From positions 7,803 to 71,802 of the forward strand of contig CAZEJU010000001.1 in NCBI GenBank assembly GCA_964512695.1: a stretch of DNA of 64,000 nt. The letters are read 5' to 3'. This document shows positions 11,092 through 19,284 of this stretch, in pieces; within the stretch, counting starts at the first letter, position 1; every line of letters begins with the position of its first letter. The notes below the pieces were generated by a model. The model was not told where the DNA came from and searched no databases. It worked only from the letters and a program-made list of their open reading frames with translations. A program made the translations under genes and the position numbers. This DNA comes from an uncultured Gammaproteobacteria bacterium. GTDB taxonomy: Bacteria > Patescibacteriota > Microgenomatia > Levybacterales > UBA12049.

Positions 11092-11185
11092 AACCAGAAT
11101 AAACGGATCCAAAGTCCGTTGTCTCAGCCGGAGGCTGATCTGCCTCTGGCATGACTACCATTAGACGACTTCCCAACGCAAACTC
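11092..11185 (-). pseudogene. partial, disrupted second copy of tRNA-Gln (positions ~1-56) with a 31-nt palindromic insertion in the D-arm
   Basis: Direct repeats of tRNA-Gln sequence: 10739-10770 is repeated at 11092-11123 and 10771-10791 at 11165-11185. The insertion tcagccggaggctgatctgcctctggcatga separates them. Confidence 0.6.
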
Positions 11186-11367
11186 CAAGTTTATATTTTA
11201 AATACCATATCTAAATACTTCTTATATACCCATGAGTTTAAAGCCTTTCTCTCTTAGCGCTTTGCTTCTCATTTCTTCATTGTTCTTTATAAAGCAACAA
11301 CCATTCGATAACTTCAAATGAAAGTTAAAATTAACGCTCTGTTATTATAGCATTGAAAACCGTATAT

Positions 11368-12504
11368 CTAAAGGGTAGGGGAGCTAGCTTCAAAATATTT
11401 CTTCGCAGCGATAGTCCATAACTGAGGAGCATTGCCTTTCTTATGGACTTTAAATTCATCTACATGAAGTAACTCCGGAAAATCATGCAAGTAAGGAATA
11501 ATTCGTTCACAAACCTCCATTACATGCGGTAAATTAAACTTTTTCGCTCCAAGGTGAATAAATGCTTGTTCGAATGGCCAGACAGTATTCGTATGGTATC
11601 CATAATGGTGAGCTATATCATGTTGGAGAGAAATATCATGAGTACTTAATGTAAGATAACCTCGTTTCGTTTCTAAACTTTTAGTAGCTTCAACTATCTT
11701 TCTTACTTTTTCGGTTTTTATCTGATCAGGTTCAAGATAATATAAAATATGTAAGTTATCAGATGAAACACCGGGGAAAAAACCTTTTTGGTCCAGGCCT
11801 ATATGGAAAACTCCACGTTTATCATCAAAAAGAATAAATAAATGCTTATTCATCTCTTCAGCTTTCTTTTCTAAATCTTTCGCACCAAGAAGCCGAGCCG
11901 CACTTCGTAATGCTTTCATATTTTGGACATGTGCAAGTGTAAAAACTGCTGGATATGCTGGTATACCATGCTCGCGGTTGGAGATGTGCGAATCTTTCCA
12001 ATATGTAACCTTTAAAGCGTACCGTTTGGCATCGGCATATTTCGGATCTTCTACGAAAAGGTAATTAACCAGATGATGAAGGATATATGTTACTGCTTTT
12101 TCTAAATAATGGTGTTGTTTTTTAATGAAATAATCATCACCAGTCATATTAAGATATTCGTCATGACCAATAAGAAATAGTGCTGTCGTATCACATGCAT
12201 TATAATCAGTAGAATAGCCTTCTGTTAAAAATGGAGGCATTTCATGAAATATTTTTCCTGGCTCTTCACCTGTCTTTGAATCTTTTTTTGTTCCCTGCAA
12301 AAAGGAACAGTAAATTAATTGATCTCTCAGCATCTTCGCATCCCGCATCAAAATTGCAGAGAGAATTCCGTCCCTTGTAAAATTAGCTGGATAGCTGGGT
12401 AATCCTGCGCTATAGAGTGTTATATGGTTCAACTGGATTACTAATGAGTCAAGCGCTTCTTGAACAGTCATATGATGCTCGTGAAGAGGAGAGTGCTTAT
12501 ACAT
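11368..12504 (-). CDS. six-hairpin glycosidase-like protein (glycogen-debranching-enzyme C-terminal-like)
   Basis: 378-aa ORF. NFTRDGILSA...TTALFLIG resembles the GDE_C/alpha,alpha-toroid glycosidase family. The homology is weak. Confidence 0.3.
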   Translation of the reverse strand: MYKHSPLHEHHMTVQEALDSLVIQLNHITLYSAGLPSYPANFTRDGILSAILMRDAKMLRDQLIYCSFLQGTKKDSKTGEEPGKIFHEMPPFLTEGYSTDYNACDTTALFLIGHDEYLNMTGDDYFIKKQHHYLEKAVTYILHHLVNYLFVEDPKYADAKRYALKVTYWKDSHISNREHGIPAYPAVFTLAHVQNMKALRSAARLLGAKDLEKKAEEMNKHLFILFDDKRGVFHIGLDQKGFFPGVSSDNLHILYYLEPDQIKTEKVRKIVEATKSLETKRGYLTLSTHDISLQHDIAHHYGYHTNTVWPFEQAFIHLGAKKFNLPHVMEVCERIIPYLHDFPELLHVDEFKVHKKGNAPQLWTIAAKKYFEASSPTL

Positions 12505-12602
12505 AGTTCAATTGTATAGAAATGCAAGGAAGAAAAAAAGTAAGGTATTATACAACGAAGTAATGAAGCACAAGTTTTAGCAAGAACTATCTCTGGAGGA
12601 CT

Positions 12603-12690
12603 TTTGAGCGGGAGACGGGTAGTCCGATTAACATCGGACTCTCTTCTTTGAGCGGGAGACGGATAGTCCGATTAACATCGGACCCTCTTC
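12603..12690 (-). repeat. two tandem 44-bp degenerate copies of the 3' half of tRNA-Gly (T-arm replaced by a GUCCGAU..AUCGGAC hairpin)
   Basis: Units 12603-12646 and 12647-12690 are near-identical to each other and repeat the tRNA-Gly 3' end (...CCCGUCUCCCGCUCAAA). Confidence 0.6.
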
Positions 12691-12692
12691 TT

Positions 12693-12765
12693 TGAGCGGG
12701 AGACGGGTATCGCACCCGCGACCTCTTCCTTGGCAAGGAAGCATTCTACTGCTGAACTACTCCCG
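12693..12765 (-). tRNA. tRNA-Gly (anticodon GCC) with non-canonical D-loop (AGCAGUA, no G18G19) and T-loop (UGCGAUA)
   Basis: Cloverleaf closely parallels E. coli tRNA-Gly(GCC): acceptor GCGGGAG/CUCCCGC, anticodon loop UUGCCAA, discriminator U. Confidence 0.65.
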
Positions 12766-12846
12766 CAGTATCTCGCATTATAGCAAATTGACCTATAAAT
12801 AAAAAACCCCTTTACAAAATCATAAAATTTATCTTATCCTAAATAT

Positions 12847-13614
12847 GTGAAGAAAAAAATCAAGAGAAAAGTAGCCTCTAAAAAGAAACGAACTCCTATA
12901 GTACTTACCCGTACCCGATATATATTTATCGGGTTTGCAAGTGTCTGTCTTTTTCTTTTTAGCTTCTTACTGCTTAACCCAAAAACTGAAGAAAAGCATA
13001 GAGAATGCGCAAACTCCCTAAGCTGCGTAGATAATTTATCAGGTATCTACGAAGAAGACACGGTAGGTGTCTTCGCAGGGAGAAAAGTTAAAAGTCCACC
13101 AATAGCATCTCGACCATATATAAGAAACTTGTCTCAAAATATTACCCAGGCTAGTGTTCTCGGTGAAAATACTGATAGTAAACATATCTATGTGGATTTG
13201 ACTAATCAAAAGCTCTATGCCTTTGAGAATAATAGTCTCGTTTATGAATTCAAAGTATCCACAGGTAAACCATGGACACCTACCCCAACTGGTGATTTCC
13301 GCGTATGGATTAAATTGAAATATACCCGCATGAGAGGCGGAAGTGGTAGTGGATACTACGATTTACCAAATGTTCCCTATACTATGTTCTTTTATAACGA
13401 TAAAGTTGCTAAATCACGAGGATATGGGATTCATGGAGCGTATTGGCACGAGAATTTTGGATTTCCAATGAGTCACGGTTGCATTAATTTAGATGAACCG
13501 GATGCAGAGAAACTATATACTTGGGCTACACCCGTATCAGAAAAAAATACAGTGAATGCAACTGCAGAAAATCCTGGAACGCTCATTACTATCTATGGAG
13601 AAACACCAAAGTAA
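12847..13614 (+). CDS. L,D-transpeptidase (YkuD domain) protein
   Basis: YkuD catalytic motif ...HGAYWHENFGFPMSHGCINL. N-terminal membrane anchor. GTG start. Confidence 0.75.
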   Translation: MKKKIKRKVASKKKRTPIVLTRTRYIFIGFASVCLFLFSFLLLNPKTEEKHRECANSLSCVDNLSGIYEEDTVGVFAGRKVKSPPIASRPYIRNLSQNITQASVLGENTDSKHIYVDLTNQKLYAFENNSLVYEFKVSTGKPWTPTPTGDFRVWIKLKYTRMRGGSGSGYYDLPNVPYTMFFYNDKVAKSRGYGIHGAYWHENFGFPMSHGCINLDEPDAEKLYTWATPVSEKNTVNATAENPGTLITIYGETPK

Positions 13615-13620
13615 AGAATT

Positions 13621-13652
13621 TTCCATTTTCCACTTACCATTTGCCATTGATT
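13621..13652 (+). repeat. left arm of an imperfect inverted repeat flanking the four-helix-bundle gene (ttccattttccacttaccatttgccatt)
   Basis: The reverse complement of 14056-14088 aligns at ~75% with a shared ttccattttcca core. Confidence 0.5.
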
Positions 13653-13673
13653 TTTTAGTATAAAATTTATAGA

Positions 13674-14057
13674 TTGGACATAATGACATCTGATGAATTG
13701 TATAACCGGCTCCTTAATTTCGGTAGAGGTTGTCAAAAACATGTAAAAATGTTACCTAAAACAATTTATAACCTTGAATATGGAAGCCAACTTATTCGTT
13801 CTTCAGCATCAACCGATTCCAACTACATAGAAGCATTAGAAGCAGCTGGTTCGAAAGATTTTTGCTATAGGTTAAAAATCTGCAGAAAAGAGACAAGAGA
13901 ATCTAAGCATTGGTTGTATCTTCTTCTTAGTTCCAATCAAGAAATACAACATATTAATAATAATACTAAAGAACTATTATTAGAAGCATCAGAGCTAATT
14001 AGAATATTTACATCATCCATATTAACTTCTGAAAAAAATCAAAAAATGATTAAATAA
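13674..14057 (+). CDS. four-helix-bundle protein (23S rRNA intervening-sequence protein family)
   Basis: QLIRSSASTDSNYIEALEAAGSKDF..LKICRKETRESKHWLYLL matches the four-helix-bundle/IVS protein family. Confidence 0.65.
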   Translation: MDIMTSDELYNRLLNFGRGCQKHVKMLPKTIYNLEYGSQLIRSSASTDSNYIEALEAAGSKDFCYRLKICRKETRESKHWLYLLLSSNQEIQHINNNTKELLLEASELIRIFTSSILTSEKNQKMIK

Positions 14058-14088
14058 TGGAAAATGATACTTGGAAAATGGAAAATAA
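14056..14088 (+). repeat. right arm of the inverted repeat (aatggaaaatgatacttggaaaatggaaaataa)
   Basis: Inverted partner of 13621-13652. A near-identical copy lies at 46157-46189. Confidence 0.5.
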
Positions 14089-14874
14089 TTAGTGACAATA
14101 CCCCTTTTCACAAGCTGCTAATAATGTTCCTGTCGTATTGCCTCCATAATACCGTAAACCTTGTTCGACTCCACCATGTTTAGCAAGATAGTTTGCTGCA
14201 CCGTGGATGGCATCTACAGCATTATTAATATCAGCAATCCCGTCTCCATTTCCATCAACACCATAGGCATTCCATGTACCAGGCATAAATTGCAGAGGAC
14301 CTTGCGCGCCAGATCCTTGGGCATTATAAATAGCTCCATCACGTAAACCTGTTTCAGTTAAATGAAGGCCATAGAGAATTTGCCAAGGTACACCATATTT
14401 TTCCCCTGCTTGCTTATAAATTTCGTCATAGTTAGTTGGCTCACCCTGGGTAGGGAGAATAGGGGAGGGACTTGGGAGAGTCTCCACTTGCGTAATTTGT
14501 GCTGAAAAATTTGTTTTATCTTCTTTATTTGATGCTTTTATAGAATTTTTAAGCAAACTTGCTAGTTTATCTGCCGGTATTTTGGCAACCAGGAGTGGTT
14601 TTTGTAAGGTAATGATTATTTTACTTCCTTCTGGCAAAACATTTGGATTGTTTATTTGAGGGTTATCTAACCAAATGTTCGTCCAGTAATCTTTACTCCC
14701 ATAATACTGTTGGGCCAAATCAGTTATAGTTTGTTGGGAAGAAACAACAAACTCTACCTCTGTAGGATAAAAAATAACAGGATAGGTAAAAGCGTAATAG
14801 TTAGGCTGTGAAAATAACGAGAATATAAAATATCCAAGGGCAGCGAGGGTATTTCCTAATACACCTTGCGTCAT
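14089..14874 (-). CDS. lytic transglycosylase (SLT domain) protein
   Basis: C-terminal GVPWQILYGLHLTETG..GAQGPLQFMPGTW is an SLT-domain signature with a catalytic Glu. N-terminal membrane anchor. Confidence 0.7.
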   Translation of the reverse strand: MTQGVLGNTLAALGYFIFSLFSQPNYYAFTYPVIFYPTEVEFVVSSQQTITDLAQQYYGSKDYWTNIWLDNPQINNPNVLPEGSKIIITLQKPLLVAKIPADKLASLLKNSIKASNKEDKTNFSAQITQVETLPSPSPILPTQGEPTNYDEIYKQAGEKYGVPWQILYGLHLTETGLRDGAIYNAQGSGAQGPLQFMPGTWNAYGVDGNGDGIADINNAVDAIHGAANYLAKHGGVEQGLRYYGGNTTGTLLAACEKGYCH

Positions 14875-15005
14875 AATTGGGGAAATTCAACTATAGTGAA
14901 TTTCTATCGTGGAATTTTAACAATGTTCTTCTATCCTGTCAATAAAACTAATGACATATTACGTGTTTCTTACCCTAATCCATGATGTATGACAAGAGAA
15001 CTAAG

Positions 15006-15078
15006 TGCCGAGGATGTGAGTTGAACACATATCTGATGTTCTTCAGACACCCGCCGTGACCACCTTGGCTACCTCGGC
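15006..15078 (-). tRNA. tRNA-Phe (anticodon GAA)
   Basis: Hand-folded: acceptor GCCGAGG/CCUCGGC, anticodon loop CUGAAGA, T-loop UUCAACU, discriminator A. There is one D-stem mismatch. Confidence 0.65.
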
Positions 15079-15219
15079 TAATCGAACGAAACTATTGAAA
15101 CTAAGCTGTAACTGCTCTTAACTTATCCTGTATCATATTATAGCAAACGCTAAACGCATAGTGTAGATTGAAATTAGCAAGATGTGGTAAGGAGATTTTA
15201 TGAATGATATACTTGAGTA

Positions 15220-16203
15220 ATGGAATTGAAGCGCTACGCAGGCAATCCAATCCTCACCAAAAATCCGAAAAATCATTGGGAAGCAGGATCAGTACTTAAC
15301 CCGAACGTTCTTTACGATAATGGACTGTTCCGAATGGTTTACAGGGCTACAAATGACATTAAAACCGATGAGGATGGAGGGTATGTTTCGTCCATTGGTT
15401 ATGCAGAAAGTATTGATGGAATCCACTTTACTCGCTTCCCTCAGCCTCTTTTAGCACCTGATAAAGAGTATGAACTTAACGGGGGATGCGAAGATGCACG
15501 CGTGACAAAAATTGGGGATACGTATTTTCTCTATTATACCGCTTGCCACGTCGATAACGGAAAATGGAAAGTAAGAATAGCTTTAGCGACTAGTAAAGAT
15601 TTTAAGAACTGGAAAAAGCATGGGATTGTTGGCCCGCAGCACACAAAGTCAAAAGCGGCATGTCTTTTTCCTGAAAAAATAAACGGTAAATACACAATGC
15701 TTTATACATGGAAATCCGACAGTCCACTTTCCTCAATTATGCTTGCGCAATTTGAGACTTTGCAAGAAGTAATAAAACCTCCAAAAGGATTTATGGCAGA
15801 CAATATTGACCATTATCAAGATAATGTTGTATTTGAACCTCCGAAACCAGTATATCGTGGGGCAGAGGTCGGAGCTGTACCAATAAAAACAAAGGATGGT
15901 TGGCTCTTTATTTATTGCAATGCCAATGTATCCAATCATCCAGAATGGACTATTAATGCAGCGCTTCTTGACGTACATGACCCACGAAAGATATTGGCAG
16001 AAACAGAAAAGCCTCTTCTCAGACCCGAAACAGAGACAGAATTGAAAGGTGTGGTAAATAATGTCACATTTCCTGAAGGTGCAGCAGTTGTTGGTGATGA
16101 GTTATATGTTTACTATGGAAGTGGAGATCAGGGATGCTGTCTTGCGACCTGTAGTTTCAGCGAACTCATGAAGTATCTTACCTCGCGGATTCCTCGAAAA
16201 TAA
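15220..16203 (+). CDS. GH130-like glycosidase/phosphorylase (five-bladed propeller)
   Basis: NPIL...AGSVLNPNVLYDNGLFRMVYRA...GYAESIDGIHF...GGCEDARV..YFLYYTA resembles the GH130/GH43-like family. Confidence 0.5.
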   Translation: MELKRYAGNPILTKNPKNHWEAGSVLNPNVLYDNGLFRMVYRATNDIKTDEDGGYVSSIGYAESIDGIHFTRFPQPLLAPDKEYELNGGCEDARVTKIGDTYFLYYTACHVDNGKWKVRIALATSKDFKNWKKHGIVGPQHTKSKAACLFPEKINGKYTMLYTWKSDSPLSSIMLAQFETLQEVIKPPKGFMADNIDHYQDNVVFEPPKPVYRGAEVGAVPIKTKDGWLFIYCNANVSNHPEWTINAALLDVHDPRKILAETEKPLLRPETETELKGVVNNVTFPEGAAVVGDELYVYYGSGDQGCCLATCSFSELMKYLTSRIPRK

Positions 16204-16407
16204 ATTTATGTGGTTACCGTTATCGCTCACTACAGCCGTTGTTCTCTCTACGTATTTCTTTCTTAATAAACAACAAATAAAAACTGTTTCAATCTACACC
16301 AGCTTCAGCAAAGAAAAAAGTCTGTTTACAATTATGCCTACAATAATGATTACAATTATGTGAATTGGAGAAAACTATGTGGGTAGCACGAACAAGTATG
16401 GTTATTG

Positions 16408-16481
16408 TGGACGATTAGGGACTTGAACCCCAGACCTCTTCAGTGTAAATGAAGCGCTCTAGCCAGCTGAGCTAATCGTCC
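16408..16481 (-). tRNA. tRNA-Val (anticodon UAC)
   Basis: Cloverleaf: GGACGAU acceptor, D-loop AGCUGGCUA, anticodon loop UUUACAC, T-loop UUCAAGU, discriminator A. Confidence 0.8.
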
Positions 16482-16485
16482 AGTG

Positions 16486-16569
16486 TGCGGATGAGAGGAC
16501 TCGAACCTCCACGCTTTTTACGGCACTACCACCTCAAGGTAGCGTGTATACCAATTTCACCACATCCGC
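16486..16569 (-). tRNA. tRNA-Leu (anticodon GAG), class II with long variable arm
   Basis: Acceptor GCGGAUG/CAUCCGC, anticodon loop UUGAGGU, T-loop UUCGAGU, discriminator A. Confidence 0.75.
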
Positions 16570-16674
16570 GTAAAAGCAAATAGCCTATGGCTAATAGCTT
16601 ATGGTTTGAAAATTATACCAAAATCTTCTTCCGCAAGCTATTAGCTATATATCCTTAGCCATTTGCTATTTTTG

Positions 16675-16756
16675 TGCCCTGAGGGAGACTCGAACTCCCA
16701 CGGCTTTCGCCACTACCTCCTGAAGATAGCGTGTATACCAATTTCACCATCAGGGC
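16675..16756 (-). tRNA. tRNA-Leu (anticodon CAG), class II
   Basis: Acceptor GCCCUGA/UCAGGGC, anticodon loop UUCAGGA, variable-arm hairpin GGCGAAAGCC, T-loop UUCGAGU, discriminator A. Confidence 0.75.
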
Positions 16757-16936
16757 AATTCTGGACTCATTCTAACAAATGGCTGTAGAGGAAACAACAG
16801 AAAGTATCATATGAAATTATAAACTAGTAAAAAATTCACAAAGAAGATATCGAAGCTTAATTTTTACAGAGTGCGTGTGATTACCTACAATAGCCATTCA
16901 ACTTGACATTCTCAACTGTATCTGTAAATATGAAGA

Positions 16937-17521
16937 TTGATGAGAAAGGTTATACTGCTCATAACGTTTTCAATAATCTCACCCTCGCTGTTGATCTTCA
17001 GCCTTTTATTCTATCTTTTTCTATCTTACCATGGAGATACAACAACGTACGCAAACGCCCGGAAGGCAGCTCTCACACGCACCTATGCAGCTTTACCTCG
17101 TAAAAACGCTATAACAACTGATTCTATTACTATCGAAGAGGGCAGAGTAGAAATAGTAAGGCAATTTTTAGCTAAATATAAATCTCCACTTGAGGAACAT
17201 GCAGCATTTATAGTAAAAATTGCTGATAAATACGGGTTAGATTTTAGGCTAATTCCCGCTATTTCCATGCAAGAATCAAATGCTTGCAAAAAAATTCCTA
17301 AAGATTCATATAACTGCTGGGGATTTGGCATATATGGAGGCAAAGTAACGAGGTTTACTGACTATCCTGAGGCTATTGAAATTGTTACAAAAACTTTAGC
17401 CACAAAATACAGAAAGAAGGGCCTAATAACCCCAGAAGAGATTATGACTATGTATACACCCTCAAGTCCGAATGGTAGTTGGGCAAAAGGCGTTTCGCAC
17501 TTCATGGAAGAACTCCAATAA
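16937..17521 (+). CDS. secreted lysozyme-like/transglycosylase-like domain protein
   Basis: N-terminal TM/signal segment. Conserved core LIPAISMQESNACK..NCWGFGIYGG is shared with the paralog at 17737. Confidence 0.4.
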   Translation: MMRKVILLITFSIISPSLLIFSLLFYLFLSYHGDTTTYANARKAALTRTYAALPRKNAITTDSITIEEGRVEIVRQFLAKYKSPLEEHAAFIVKIADKYGLDFRLIPAISMQESNACKKIPKDSYNCWGFGIYGGKVTRFTDYPEAIEIVTKTLATKYRKKGLITPEEIMTMYTPSSPNGSWAKGVSHFMEELQ

Positions 17522-17736
17522 CTTCTGTAGTCAATTTTTCAGCTATTTGCTTATTGCTTAGATACAGGCTAGCCAGATTGCAAGACTAACCACCTGATAT
17601 GCCTTAATCCTATAGCAAACTACTTGACAAACCTATAGTTTAGTGATACAATCCACATCATGTACCTCGGCTAAAACTCCAAACTTTTGGCTGGGGTATA
17701 TTTTTACCAATATTTTAAATACTATAAGATTAAATT

Positions 17737-18279
17737 ATGAAGATTTTTTTAACTTTATTATTCTTTATTTTTCTTTCTACAGTACCTGCTTATGCTGAGA
17801 CTACAGCAGGAGCTTCTGCTATGCTTGTTCCTCAAAATATACCTTTTAAACAGGCTGATAAGAGAATACAAGTACTCAAGTCATATTTTAAAAAATATAA
17901 TTCTCCTTTAGAAAATGACGCTTCAGTTTTCATCGAAGTTGCTGATAAATATGATATTGACTATAGGATTTTACCGGCTATCGCTGGAGTAGAATCTGGT
18001 TTTGGAAAATTCATTCCATATAACTCTTTTAATGGTTGGGGATGGGGTATTTATGGTGGTAAAGTAACATATTTCTCATCATGGGAAGAAGCGATTCAAA
18101 CCATCTCTAAAGAATTACGGGAACGATATATGGATAAATGGGGAGCAAAAAATGTCTATGATATTGGTAAATATTATGCTTCAGATCCAGCATGGGCATA
18201 TAAAGTAAATAGGTTTATGGAAGATATTGAGAACTTTGCGCAGGAAAAAGAAGACAAAGCTATTTCCATTTCTATCTAA
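17737..18279 (+). CDS. secreted paralog of the 16937 protein
   Basis: Signal peptide. ILPAIAGVESGFGK..NGWGWGIYGG core shows ~40% identity to the upstream paralog. Confidence 0.4.
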   Translation: MKIFLTLLFFIFLSTVPAYAETTAGASAMLVPQNIPFKQADKRIQVLKSYFKKYNSPLENDASVFIEVADKYDIDYRILPAIAGVESGFGKFIPYNSFNGWGWGIYGGKVTYFSSWEEAIQTISKELRERYMDKWGAKNVYDIGKYYASDPAWAYKVNRFMEDIENFAQEKEDKAISISI

Positions 18280-18309
18280 ATAGATTATAATTAGCTAAAC
18301 TGTCTATGC

Positions 18310-18392
18310 GCGGATGTGGTGGAATGGTAGACACGTAAGGTTTAGGACCTTATGGCCGCAAGGCTGTGGAGGTTCAAGTCCTCTCATCCGCA
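18310..18392 (+). tRNA. tRNA-Leu (anticodon UAG), class II
   Basis: Acceptor GCGGAUG/CAUCCGC, anticodon loop UUUAGGA, variable-arm hairpin GGCCGCAAGGCUG, T-loop UUCAAGU, discriminator A. Confidence 0.8.
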
Positions 18393-18423
18393 CTCATACG
18401 CGCACTATATCGCATGCAATACT

Positions 18424-19269
18424 ATGACTAAAGAAGCAACTATTACATCTCTTATAGATAAGAAAGAAGACGGTACTGTACAGTTAACGATAACAATACC
18501 CTGGGGTGATATCAGTAAAACTAAAGAAACAGTTATTCAAAAAGCTGTAGAGCAAGCTGAAGTCGCAGGATTCCGGAAAGGTAAAGCACCTCGAAATATA
18601 GTAGAACCAACTTTAGATACAGCGAAGATCAGAGAAGAAGTACTTCGCGCATTATTACCTGAAGCATATGTAAAAGCTGTTCAGGAACACCAATTACGTC
18701 CAATTATCAATCCCAAAATTCACGTGGAGAAGTTAGAAGATGAGAAAGATTGGGTTGTATCTGCATTAACATGCGAAATGCCTAAGGTCGAGCTTGGTAA
18801 ATACAAAGAAGCTGTTAAGAAGGTTACTGCTGGTTCGAAAATAGTCATACCTGGCAAAGAAAAAAAAGAACCATCACTTGATGAAATTGTTAAAGCCATA
18901 CTAGGTGAAATTACGGTTAAAGTTCCTTCTTTATTAATAGAGCAAGAAGTAGATAGACTATTATCGCAAACACTTGACGAGATTAAACGCTTAGGACTTA
19001 CATTAGACCAGTATTTAGCTTCAACTGGCAAAAATCCTAACCAGCTTCGCGAAGATTATATGAAAAAAGCTGAAGCAGATATTACGTTAGAGTTTGTACT
19101 ACAAGAGATTGCGGAAACAGAAAAAATTACAGTAGAGGAAACGGAAATCAATGAAGCAATTCAAAAAGCAAAAGATCCTATAGAAAAGGAGAACCTCGAA
19201 AGAAATCGATATATGCTTGCAAGCATCTTGAGGCAACAAAAAACACTTGATTTTTTGAAGAATTTATGA
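18424..19269 (+). CDS. tig: trigger factor, short form lacking a recognisable PPIase domain
   Basis: N-terminal ribosome-binding domain signature GFRKGKAPRNIVE. Start trimmed because the ORF-track start overlaps tRNA-Leu. Confidence 0.6.
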   Translation: MTKEATITSLIDKKEDGTVQLTITIPWGDISKTKETVIQKAVEQAEVAGFRKGKAPRNIVEPTLDTAKIREEVLRALLPEAYVKAVQEHQLRPIINPKIHVEKLEDEKDWVVSALTCEMPKVELGKYKEAVKKVTAGSKIVIPGKEKKEPSLDEIVKAILGEITVKVPSLLIEQEVDRLLSQTLDEIKRLGLTLDQYLASTGKNPNQLREDYMKKAEADITLEFVLQEIAETEKITVEETEINEAIQKAKDPIEKENLERNRYMLASILRQQKTLDFLKNL

Positions 19270-19284
19270 TAACTTGCAGCCTAT

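Noticed and set aside
12603-12690. Tandem 44-bp direct repeats as a possible CRISPR array
   Set aside because: There are only two units, with no unique spacers. The repeat sequence is the 3' half of the adjacent tRNA-Gly. These are tRNA-derived att-type duplications, not CRISPR.
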